Part shown: positions 12,849 to 26,700 of the stretch, piece by piece
Numbering within the stretch: the stretch's first letter is position 1
Layout: every line of letters begins with the position of its first letter
Assembly (NCBI GenBank): GCA_964057225.1
Contig: OZ059897.1
Coordinates: 22,444,001-22,508,000, forward strand
Origin: Auanema rhodensis
Taxonomy: Eukaryota > Animalia > Nematoda
Reading direction: 5' to 3'
Length of the DNA stretch: 64,000 nt
Made by a program: the position numbers and the translations under genes
The notes under the pieces: model-generated
Told to the model about the DNA's origin: nothing
Seen by the model: only the letters and a program-made list of their open reading frames with translations
Databases searched by the model: none

Positions 12849-15800
12849 ACCAATATCAATAAAAATTTGTTTTTAGACTAATATGGACATGGGGAATCTA
12901 GTTTTGAAAACCGCATCTCTTTATCTTTCACGTGAAGCGAGTTACATACCAAGTGCACATCACGTGTACATTTAATTAGCATAAATTAAAGTTCACGTAA
13001 ATTTCAAAGTCATGGTTACCATGAACCAATATCAATAAAAATTTGTTTTTAGACTAATATGGACATGGGGAATCTAATTTTGAAAACCGCATCTCTTTAT
13101 CTTTCACGTGAAGCGAGTTACATACCAAGTGCACATCACGTGTACATTTAATTAGCATAAATTAAAGTTCACGTAAATTTCAAAGTCATGGTTACCATGA
13201 ACCAATATCAATAAAAATTTGTTTTTAGACTAATATGGACATAGGGAATCTAATTATGAAAACCGCATCTCTTTATCTTTCACGTGAAGCGAGTTACATA
13301 CCAAGTGCACATCACGTGTACATTTAATTAGCATAAATTAAAGTTCACGTAAATTTCAAAGTCATGGTTACCATGAACCAATATCAATAAAAATTTGTTT
13401 TTAGACTAATATGGACATAGGGAATCTAATTATGAAAACCGCATCTCTTTATCTTTCACGTGAAGCGAGTTACATACCAAGTGCACATCACGTGTACATT
13501 TAATTAGCATAAATTAAAGTTCACGTAAATTTCAAAGTCATGGTTACCATGAACCAATATCAATAAAAATTTGTTTTTAGACTAATATGGACATGGGGAA
13601 TCTAGTTTTGAAAACCGCATCTCTTTATCTTTCACGTGAAGCGAGTTACATACCAAGTGCACATCACGTGTACATTTAATTAGCATAAATTAAAGTTCAC
13701 GTAAATTTCAAAGTCATGGTTACCATGAAGCAATATCAATAAAAATTTGTTTTTAGACTAATATGACCATGGGGAATCTAATTTTGAAAACCGCATCTCT
13801 TTATCTTTCACGTGAAGCGAGTTACATACCAAGTGCACATCACGTGTACATTTAATTAGCATAAATTAAAGTTCACGTAAATTTCAAAGTCATGGTTACC
13901 ATGAACCAATATCAATAAAAATTTGTTTTTAGACTAATATGGACATGGGGAATCTAATTTTGAAAACCGCATCTCTTTATCTTTCACGTGAAGCGAGTTA
14001 CATACCAAGTGCACATCACGTGTACATTTAATTAGCATAAATTAAAGTTCACGTAAATTTCAAAGTCATGGTTACCATGAACCAATATCAATAAAAATTT
14101 GTTTTTAGACTAATATGGACATGGGGAATCTAATTTTGAAAACCGCATCTCTTTATCTTTCACGTGAAGCGAGTTACATACCAAGTGCACATCACGTGTA
14201 CATTTAATTAGCATAAATTAAAGTTCACGTAAATTTCAAAGTCATGGTTACCATGAACCAATATCAATAAAAATTTGTTTTTAGACTAATATGGACATGG
14301 GGAATCTAATTTTGAAAACCGCATCTCTTTATCTTTCACGTGAAGCGAGTTACATACCAAGTGCACATCACGTGTACATTTAATTAGCATAAATTAAAGT
14401 TCACGTAAATTTCAAAGTCATGGTTACCATGAACCAATATCACGAAAAATTTGTTTTTAGACTAATATGGACATGGGGAATCTAATTTTGAAAACCGCAT
14501 CTCTTTATCTTTCACGTGAAGCGAGTTACATACCAAGTGCACATCACGTGTACATTTAATTAGCATAAATTAAAGTTCACGTAAATTTCAAAGTCATGGT
14601 TACCATGAACCAATATCAATAAAAATTTGTTTTTAGACTAATATGGACATGGGGAATCTAATTTTGAAAACCGCATCTCTTTATCTTTCACGTGAAGCGA
14701 GTTACATACCAAGTGCACATCACGTGTACATTTAATTAGCATAAATTAAAGTTCACGTAAATTTCAAAGTCATGGTTACCATGAACCAATATCAATAAAA
14801 ATTTGTTTTTAGACTAATATGGACATGGGGAATCTAATTTTGAAAACCGCATCTCTTTATCTTTCACGTGAAGCGAGTTACATACCAAGTGCACATCACG
14901 TGTACATTTAATTAGCATAAATTAAAGTTCACGTAAATTTCAAAGTCATGGTTACCATGAACCAATATCACGAAAAATTTGTTTTTAGACTAATATGGAC
15001 ATGGGGAATCTAATTTTGAGAACCGCATCTCTTTATCTTTCACGTGAAGCGAGTTACATACCAAGTGCACATCACGTGTACATTTAATTAGCATAAATTA
15101 AAGTTCACGTAAATTTCAAAGTCATGGTTACCATGCACCAATATCAATAAAAATTTGTTTTTAGACTAATATGGACATGGGGAATCTAATTTTGAAAACC
15201 GCATCTCTTTATCTTTCACGTGAAGCGAGTTACATACCAAGTGCACATCACGTGTACATTTAATTAGCATAAATTAAAGTTCACGTAAACTTCAAAGTCA
15301 TGGTTACCATGAACCAATATCAATAAAAATTTGTTTATAGACTAATATGGACATGGGGAATCTAATTTTGAAAACCGCATCTCTTTATCTTTCACGTGAA
15401 GCGAGTTACATACCAAGTGCACATCACGTGTACATTTAATTAGCATAAATTAAAGTTCACGTAAATTTCAAAGTCATGGTTACCATGAACCAGTATCAAT
15501 AAAAATTTGTTTTTAGACTAATATGGACATGGGGAATCTAATTTTGAAAACCGCATCTCTTTATCTTTCACGTGAAGCGAGTTACATACCAAGTGCACAT
15601 CACGTGTACATTTAATTAGCATAAATTAAAGTTCACGTAAATTTCAAAGTCATGGTTACCATGAACCAATATCAATAAAAATTTGTTTTTAGACTAATAT
15701 GGACATGGGGAATCTAATTTTGAAAACCGCATCTCTTTATCTTTCACGTGAAGCGAGTTACATACCAAGTGCACATCACGTGTACATTTAATTAGCATAA

Positions 15801-18800
15801 ATTAAAGTTCACGTAAATTTCAAAGTCATGGTTACCATGAACCAATATCAATAAAAATTTGTTTTTAGACTAATATGGACATGGGGAATCTAATTTTGAA
15901 AACCGCATCTCTTTATCTTTCACGTGAAGCGAGTTACATACCAAGTGCACATCACGTGTACATTTAATTAGCATAAATTAAAGTTCACGTAAATTTCAAA
16001 GTCATGGTTACCATGCACCAATATCAATAAAAATTTGTTTTTAGACTAATATGGACATAGGGAATCTAATTATGAAAACCGCATCTCTTTATCTTTCACG
16101 TGAAGCGAGTTACATACCAAGTGCACATCACGTGTACATTTAATTAGCATAAATTAAAGTTCACGTAAACTTCAAAGTCATGGTTACCATGAACCAATAT
16201 CAATAAAAATTTGTTTATAGACTAATATGGACATGGGGAATCTAATTTTGAAAACCGCATCTCTTTATCTTTCACGTGAAGCGAGTTACATACCAAGTGC
16301 ACATCACGTGTACATTTAATTAGCATAAATTAAAGTTCACGTAAATTTCAAAGTCATGGTTACCATGAACCAGTATCAATAAAAATTTGTTTTTAGACTA
16401 ATATGGACATGGGGAATCTAATTTTGAAAACCGCATCTCTTTATCTTTCACGTGAAGCGAGTTACATACCAAGTGCACATCACGTGTACATTTAATTAGC
16501 ATAAATTAAAGTTCACGTAAATTTCAAAGTCATGGTTACCATGAACCAATATCAATAAAAATTTGTTTTTAGACTAATATGGACATGGGGAATCTAATTT
16601 TGAAAACCGCATCTCTTTATCTTTCACGTGAAGCGAGTTACATACCAAGTGCACATCACGTGTACATTTAATTAGCATAAATTAAAGTTCACGTAAATTT
16701 CAAAGTCATGGTTACCATGAACCAATATCAATAAAAATTTGTTTTTAGACTAATATGGACATGGGAAATCTAATTTTGAAAACCGCATCTCTTTATCTTT
16801 CACGTGAAGCGAGTTACATACCAAGTGCACATCACGTGTACATTTAATTAGCATAAATTAAAGTTCACGTAAATTTCAAAGTCATGGTTACCATGAACCA
16901 ATATCAATAAAAATTTGTTTTTAGACTAATATGGACATGGGGAATCTAGTTTTGAAAACCGCATCTCTTTATCTTTCACGTGAAGCGAGTTACATACCAA
17001 GTGCACATCACGTGTACATTTAATTAGCATAAATTAAAGTTCACGTAAATTTCAAAGTCATGGTTACCATGAACCAATATCAATAAAAATTTGTTTTTAG
17101 ACTAATATGGACATGGGGAATCTAATTTTGAAAACCGCATCTCTTTATCTTTCACGTGAAGCGAGTTACATACCAAGTGCACATCACGTGTACATTTAAT
17201 TAGCATAAATTAAAGTTCACGTAAATTTCAAAGTCATGGTTACCATGAACCAATATCAATAAAAATTTGTTTTTAGACTAATATGGACATAGGGAATCTA
17301 ATTATGAAAACCGCATCTCTTTATCTTTCACGTGAAGCGAGTTACATACCAAGTGCACATCACGTGTACATTTAATTAGCATAAATTAAAGTTCACGTAA
17401 ATTTCAAAGTCATGGTTACCATGAACCAATATCAATAAAAATTTGTTTTTAGACTAATATGGACATAGGGAATCTAATTATGAAAACCGCATCTCTTTAT
17501 CTTTCACGTGAAGCGAGTTACATACCAAGTGCACATCACGTGTACATTTAATTAGCATAAATTAAAGTTCACGTAAATTTCAAAGTCATGGTTACCATGA
17601 ACCAATATCAATAAAAATTTGTTTTTAGACTAATATGGACATGGGGAATCTAGTTTTGAAAACCGCATCTCTTTATCTTTCACGTGAAGCGAGTTACATA
17701 CCAAGTGCACATCACGTGTACATTTAATTAGCATAAATTAAAGTTCACGTAAATTTCAAAGTCATGGTTACCATGAAGCAATATCAATAAAAATTTGTTT
17801 TTAGACTAATATGACCATGGGGAATCTAATTTTGAAAACCGCATCTCTTTATCTTTCACGTGAAGCGAGTTACATACCAAGTGCACATCACGTGTACATT
17901 TAATTAGCATAAATTAAAGTTCACGTAAATTTCAAAGTCATGGTTACCATGAACCAATATCAATAAAAATTTGTTTTTAGACTAATATGGACATGGGGAA
18001 TCTAATTTTGAAAACCGCATCTCTTTATCTTTCACGTGAAGCGAGTTACATACCAAGTGCACATCACGTGTACATTTAATTAGCATAAATTAAAGTTCAC
18101 GTAAATTTCAAAGTCATGGTTACCATGAACCAATATCAATAAAAATTTGTTTTTAGACTAATATGGACATGGGGAATCTAATTTTGAAAACCGCATCTCT
18201 TTATCTTTCACGTGAAGCGAGTTACATACCAAGTGCACATCACGTGTACATTTAATTAGCATAAATTAAAGTTCACGTAAATTTCAAAGTCATGGTTACC
18301 ATGAACCAATATCAATAAAAATTTGTTTTTAGACTAATATGGACATGGGGAATCTAATTTTGAAAACCGCATCTCTTTATCTTTCACGTGAAGCGAGTTA
18401 CATACCAAGTGCACATCACGTGTACATTTAATTAGCATAAATTAAAGTTCACGTAAATTTCAAAGTCATGGTTACCATGAACCAATATCACGAAAAATTT
18501 GTTTTTAGACTAATATGGACATGGGGAATCTAATTTTGAAAACCGCATCTCTTTATCTTTCACGTGAAGCGAGTTACATACCAAGTGCACATCACGTGTA
18601 CATTTAATTAGCATAAATTAAAGTTCACGTAAATTTCAAAGTCATGGTTACCATGAACCAATATCAATAAAAATTTGTTTTTAGACTAATATGGACATGG
18701 GGAATCTAATTTTGAAAACCGCATCTCTTTATCTTTCACGTGAAGCGAGTTACATACCAAGTGCACATCACGTGTACATTTAATTAGCATAAATTAAAGT

Positions 18801-20768
18801 TCACGTAAATTTCAAAGTCATGGTTACCATGAACCAATATCAATAAAAATTTGTTTTTAGACTAATATGGACATGGGGAATCTAATTTTGAAAACCGCAT
18901 CTCTTTATCTTTCACGTGAAGCGAGTTACATACCAAGTGCACATCACGTGTACATTTAATTAGCATAAATTAAAGTTCACGTAAATTTCAAAGTCATGGT
19001 TACCATGAACCAATATCACGAAAAATTTGTTTTTAGACTAATATGGACATGGGGAATCTAATTTTGAGAACCGCATCTCTTTATCTTTCACGTGAAGCGA
19101 GTTACATACCAAGTGCACATCACGTGTACATTTAATTAGCATAAATTAAAGTTCACGTAAATTTCAAAGTCATGGTTACCATGCACCAATATCAATAAAA
19201 ATTTGTTTTTAGACTAATATGGACATGGGGAATCTAATTTTGAAAACCGCATCTCTTTATCTTTCACGTGAAGCGAGTTACATACCAAGTGCACATCACG
19301 TGTACATTTAATTAGCATAAATTAAAGTTCACGTAAACTTCAAAGTCATGGTTACCATGAACCAATATCAATAAAAATTTGTTTATAGACTAATATGGAC
19401 ATGGGGAATCTAATTTTGAAAACCGCATCTCTTTATCTTTCACGTGAAGCGAGTTACATACCAAGTGCACATCACGTGTACATTTAATTAGCATAAATTA
19501 AAGTTCACGTAAATTTCAAAGTCATGGTTACCATGAACCAGTATCAATAAAAATTTGTTTTTAGACTAATATGGACATGGGGAATCTAATTTTGAAAACC
19601 GCATCTCTTTATCTTTCACGTGAAGCGAGTTACATACCAAGTGCACATCACGTGTACATTTAATTAGCATAAATTAAAGTTCACGTAAATTTCAAAGTCA
19701 TGGTTACCATGAACCAATATCAATAAAAATTTGTTTTTAGACTAATATGGACATGGGGAATCTAATTTTGAAAACCGCATCTCTTTATCTTTCACGTGAA
19801 GCGAGTTACATACCAAGTGCACATCACGTGTACATTTAATTAGCATAAATTAAAGTTCACGTAAATTTCAAAGTCATGGTTACCATGAACCAATATCAAT
19901 AAAAATTTGTTTTTAGACTAATATGGACATGGGGAATCTAATTTTGAAAACCGCATCTCTTTATCTTTCACGTGAAGCGAGTTACATACCAAGTGCACAT
20001 CACGTGTACATTTAATTAGCATAAATTAAAGTTCACGTAAATTTCAAAGTCATGGTTACCATGCACCAATATCAATAAAAATTTGTTTTTAGACTAATAT
20101 GGACATAGGGAATCTAATTATGAAAACCGCATCTCTTTATCTTTCACGTGAAGCGAGTTACATACCAAGTGCACATCACGTGTACATTTAATTAGCATAA
20201 ATTAAAGTTCACGTAAACTTCAAAGTCATGGTTACCATGAACCAATATCAATAAAAATTTGTTTATAGACTAATATGGACATGGGGAATCTAATTTTGAA
20301 AACCGCATCTCTTTATCTTTCACGTGAAGCGAGTTACATACCAAGTGCACATCACGTGTACATTTAATTAGCATAAATTAAAGTTCACGTAAATTTCAAA
20401 GTCATGGTTACCATGAACCAGTATCAATAAAAATTTGTTTTTAGACTAATATGGACATGGGGAATCTAATTTTGAAAACCGCATCTCTTTATCTTTCACG
20501 TGAAGCGAGTTACATACCAAGTGCACATCACGTGTACATTTAATTAGCATAAATTAAAGTTCACGTAAATTTCAAAGTCATGGTTACCATGAACCAATAT
20601 CAATAAAAATTTGTTTTTAGACTAATATGGACATGGGGAATCTAATTTTGAAAACCGCATCTCTTTATCTTTCACGTGAAGCGAGTTACATACCAAGTGC
20701 ACATCACGTGTACATTTAATTAGCATAAATTAAAGTTCACGTAAATTTCAAAGTCATGGTTACCATGA
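12849..20768 (+). repeat. 23-monomer-period (4048-bp) tandem duplication, monomers 74-95 / 97-118
   Basis: Identical order of variants at a 4048-bp offset: TCACGA monomers 14433/18481 and 14961/19009, ATGACC 13729/17777, ACCAGT 15489/19537 and 16369/20417, GTTTATAG 15313/19361 and 16193/20241. Confidence 0.9.
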
Positions 20769-23700
20769 ACCAATATCAATAAAAATTTGTTTTTAGACTA
20801 ATATGGACATAGGGAATCTATTTATGAAAACCGCATCTCTTTATCTTTCACGTGAAGCGAGTTACATACCAAGTGCACATCACGTGTACATTTAATTAGC
20901 ATAAATTAAAGTTCACGTAAATTTCAAAGTCATGGTTACCATGAACCAATATCAATAAAAATTTGTTTTTAGACTATAATGGACATGGGGAATCTAATTT
21001 TGAAAACCGCATCTCTTTATCTTTCACGTGAAGCGAGTTACATACCAAGTGCACATCACGTGTACATTTAATTAGCATAAATTAAAGTTCACGTAAATTT
21101 CAAAGTCATGGTTACCATGAACCAATATCAATAAAAATTTGTTTTTAGACTAATATGGACATGGGGAATCTAATTTTGAAAACCGCATCTCTTTATCTTT
21201 CACGTGAAGCGAGTTACATACCAAGTGCACATCACGTGTACATTTAATTAGCATAAATTAAAGTTCACGTAAATTTCAAAGTCATGGTTACCATGAACCA
21301 ATATCAATAAAAATTTGTTTTTAGACTAATATGGACATGGGAAATCTAATTTTGAAAACCGCATCTCTTTATCTTTCACGTGAAGCGAGTTACATACCAA
21401 GTGCACATCACGTGTACATTTAATTAGCATAAATTAAAGTTCACGTAAATTTCAAAGTCATGGTTACCATGAACCAATATCAATAAAAATTTGTTTTTAG
21501 ACTAATATGGACATGGGGAATCTAATTTTGAAAACCGCATCTCTTTATCTTTCACGTGAAGCGAGTTACATACCAAGTGCACATCACGTGTACATTTAAT
21601 TAGCATAAATTAAAGTTCACGTAAATTTCAAAGTCATGGTTACCATGAAGCAATATCAATAAAAATTTGTTTTTAGACTAATATGGACATGGGGAATCTA
21701 ATTTTGAAAACCGCATCTCTTTATCTTTCACGTGAAGCGAGTTACATACCAAGTGCACATCACGTGTACATTTAATTAGCATAAATTAAAGTTCACGTAA
21801 ATTTCAAAGTCATGGTTACCATGAACCAATATCAATAAAAATTTGTTTTTAGACTAATATGGACATGGGGAATCTAATTTTGAAAACTGCATCTCTTTAT
21901 CTTTCACGTGAAGCGAGTTACATACCAAGTGCACATCACGTGTACATTTAATTAGCATAAATTAAAGTTCACGTAAATTTCAAAGTCATGGTTACCATGA
22001 ACCAATATCAATAAAAATTTGTTTTTAGACTAATATGGACATGGGGAATCTAATTTTGAAAACCGCATCTCTTCATCTTTCACGTGAAGCGAGTTACATA
22101 CCAAGTGCACATCACGTGTACATTTAATTAGCATAAATTAAAGTTCACGTAAATTTCAAAGTCATGGTTACCATGAACCAATATCAATAAAAATTTGTTT
22201 TTAGACTAATATGGACATAGGGAATCTAATTATGAAAACCGCATCTCTTTATCTTTCACGTGAAGCGAGTTACATACCAAGTGCACATCACGTGTACATT
22301 TAATTAGCATAAATTAAAGTTCACGTAAATTTCAAAGTCATGGTTACCATGAACCAATATCAATAAAAATTTGTTTTTAGACTAATATGGACATGGGAAA
22401 TCTAATTTTGAAAACCGCATCTCTTTATCTTTCACGTGAAGCGAGTTACATACCAAGTGCACATCACGTGTACATTTAATTAGCATAAATTAAAGTTCAC
22501 GTAAATTTCAAAGTCATGGTTACCATGAAGCAATATCAATAAAAATTTGTTTTTAGACTAATATGGACATGGGGAATCTAATTTTGAAAACCGCATCTCT
22601 TTATCTTTCACGTGAAGCGAGTTACATACCGAGTGCACATCACGTGTACATTTAATTAGCATAAATTAAAGTTCACGTAAATTTCAAAGTCATGGTTACC
22701 ATGAACCAATATCAATAAAAATTTGTTTTTAGACTAATATGGACATGGGGAATCTAATTTTGAAAACCGCATCTCTTTATCTTTCACGTGAAGCGAGTTA
22801 CATACCAAGTGCACATCACGTGTACATTTAATTAGCATAAATTAAAGTTCACGTAAATTTCAAAGTCATGGTTACCATGAACCAATATCAATAAAAATTT
22901 GTTTTTAGACTAATATGGACATGGGGAATCTAATTTTGAAAACCGCATCTCTTTATCTTTCACGTGAAGCGAGTTACATACCAAGTGCACATCACGTGTA
23001 CATTTAATTAGCATAAATTAAAGTTCACGTAAATTTCAAAGTCATGGTTACCATGAACCAATATCAATAAAAATTTGTTTTTAGACTAATATGGACATGG
23101 GGAATCTAATTTTGAAAACCGCATCTCTTTATCTTTCACGTGAAGCGAGTTACATACCAAGTGCACATCACGTGTACATTTAATTAGCATAAATTAAAGT
23201 TCACGTAAATTTCAAAGTCATGGTTACCATGAACCAATATCAATAAAAATTTGTTTTTAGACTAATATGGACATAGGGAATCTAATTATGAAAACCGCAT
23301 CTCTTTATCTTTCACGTGAAGCGAGTTACATACCAAGTGCACATCACGTGTACATTTAATTAGCATAAATTAAAGTTCACGTAAATTTCAAAGTCATGGT
23401 TACCATGAACCAATATCAATAAAAATTTGTTTTTAGACTAATATGGACATGGGGAATCTAATTTTGAAAACCGCATCTCTTTATCTTTCACGTGAAGCGA
23501 GTTACATACCAAGTGCACATCACGTGTACATTTAATTAGCATAAATTAAAGTTCACGTAAATTTCAAAGTCATGGTTACCATGAACCAATATCAATAAAA
23601 ATTTGTTTTTAGACTAATATGGACATGGGGAATCTAATTTTGAAAACCGCATCTCTTTATCTTTCACGTGAAGCGAGTTACATACCAAGTGCACATCACG

Positions 23701-26700
23701 TGTACATTTAATTAGCATAAATTAAAGTTCACGTAAATTTCAAAGTCATGGTTACCATGAACCAATATCAATAAAAATTTGTTTTTAGACTAATATGGAC
23801 ATGGGGAATCTAATTTTGAAAACCGCATCTCTTTATCTTTCACGTGAAGCGAGTTACATACCAAGTGCACATCACGTGTACATTTAATTAGCATAAATTA
23901 AAGTTCACGTAAATTTCAAAGTCATGGTTACCATGAACCAATATCAATAAAAATTTGTTTTTAGACTAATATGGACATGGGAAATCTAATTTTGAAAACC
24001 GCATCTCTTTATCTTTCACGTGAAGCGAGTTACATACCAAGTGCACATCACGTGTACATTTAATTAGCATAAATTAAAGTTCACGTAAATTTCAAAGTCA
24101 TGGTTACCATGAACCAATATCAATAAAAATTTGTTTTTAGACTAATATGGACATGGGGAATCTAATTTTGAAAACCGCATCTCTTTATCTTTCACGTGAA
24201 GCGAGTTACATACCAAGTGCACATCACGTGTACATTTAATTAGCATAAATTAAAGTTCACGTAAATTTCAAAGTCATGGTTACCATGAAGCAATATCAAT
24301 AACAATTTGTTTTTAGACTAATATGGACATGGGGAATCTAATTTTGAAAACCGCATCTCTTTATCTTTCACGTGAAGCGATTTACATACCAAGTGCACAT
24401 CACGTGTACATTTAATTAGCATAAATTAAAGTTCACGTAAATTTCAAAGTCATGGTTACCATGAACCAATATCAATAAAAATTTGTTTTTAGACTAATAT
24501 GGACATGGGGAATCTAATTTTGAAAACTGCATCTCTTTATCTTTCACGTGAAGCGAGTTACATACCAAGTGCACATCACGTGTACATTTAATTAGCATAA
24601 ATTAAAGTTCACGTAAATTTCAAAGTCATGGTTACCATGAACCAATATCAATAAAAATTTGTTTTTAGACTAATATGGACATGGGGAATCTAATTTTGAA
24701 AACCGCATCTCTTTATCTTTCACGTGAAGCGAGTTACATACCAAGTGCACATCACGTGTACATTTAATTAGCATGAATTAAAGTTCACGTAAATTTCAAA
24801 GTCATGGTTACCATGAACCAATATCAATAAAAATTTGTTTTTAGACTAATATGGACATAGGGAATCTAATTATGAAAACCGCATCTCTTTATCTTTCACG
24901 TGAAGCGAGTTACATACCAAGTGCACATCACGTGTACATTTAATTAGCATAAATTGAAGTTCACGTAAATTTCAAAGTCATGGTTACCATGAACCAATAT
25001 CAATAAAAATTTGTTTTTAGACTAATATGGACATGGGGAATCTAGTTTTGAAAACCGCATCTCTTTATCTTTCACGTGAAGCGAGTTACATACCAAGTGC
25101 ACATCACGTGTACATTTAATTAGCATAAATTAAAGTTCACGTAAATTTCAAAGTCATGGTTACCATGAAGCAATATCAATAAAAATTTGTTTTTAGACTA
25201 ATATGACCATGGGGAATCTAATTTTGAAAACCGCATCTCTTTATCTTTCACGTGAAGCGAGTTACATACCAAGTGCACATCACGTGTACATTTAATTAGC
25301 ATAAATTAAAGTTCACGTAAATTTCAAAGTCATGGTTACCATGAACCAATATCAATAAAAATTTGTTTTTAGACTAATATGGACATGGGGAATCTAATTT
25401 TGAAAACCGCATCTCTTTATCTTTCACGTGAAGCGAGTTACATACCAAGTGCACATCACGTGTACATTTAATTAGCATAAATTAAAGTTCACGTAAATTT
25501 CAAAGTCATGGTTACCATGAACCAATATCAATAAAAATTTGTTTTTAGACTAATATGGACATGGGGAATCTAATTTTGAAAACCGCATCTCTTTATCTTT
25601 CACGTGAAGCGAGTTACATACCAAGTGCACATCACGTGTACATTTAATAAGCATAAATTAAAGTTCACGTAAATTTCAAAGTCATGGTTACCATGAACCA
25701 ATATCAATAAAAATTTGTTTTTAGACTAATATGGACATGGGGAATCTAATTTTGAAAACCGCATCTCTTTATCTTTCACGTGAAGCGAGTTACATACCAA
25801 GTGCACATCACGTGTACATTTAATTAGCATAAATTAAAGTTCACGTAAATTTCAAAGTCATGGTTACCATGAACCAATATCACGAAAAATTTGTTTTTAG
25901 ACTAATATGGACATGGGGAATCTAATTTTGAGAACCGCATCTCTTTATCTTTCACGTGAAGCGAGTTACATACCAAGTGCACATCACGTGTACATTTAAT
26001 TAGCATAAATTAAAGTTCACGTAAATTTCAAAGTCATGGTTACCATGCACCAATATCAATAAAAATTTGTTTTTAGACTAATATGGACATGGGGAATCTA
26101 ATTTTGAAAACCGCATCTCTTTATCTTTCACGTGAAGCGAGTTACATACCAAGTGCACATCACGTGTACATTTAATTAGCATAAATTAAAGTTCACGTAA
26201 ACTTCAAAGTCATGGTTACCATGAACCAATATCAATAAAAATTTGTTTATAGACTAATATGGACATGGGGAATCTAATTTTGAAAACCGCATCTCTTTAT
26301 CTTTCACGTGAAGCGAGTTACATACCAAGTGCACATCACGTGTACATTTAATTAGCATAAATTAAAGTTCACGTAAATTTCAAAGTCATGGTTACCATGA
26401 ACCAATATCAATAAAAATTTGTTTTTAGACTAATATGGACATGGGGAATCTAATTTTGAAAACCGCATCTCTTTATCTTTCACGTGAAGCGAGTTACATA
26501 CCAAGTGCACATCACGTGTACATTTAATTAGCATAAATTAAAGTTCACGTAAATTTCAAAGTCATGGTTACCATGAACCAATATCAATAAAAATTTGTTT
26601 TTAGACTAATATGGACATGGGGAATCTAATTTTGAAAACCGCATCTCTTTATCTTTCACGTGAAGCGAGTTACATACCAAGTGCACATCACGTGTACATT

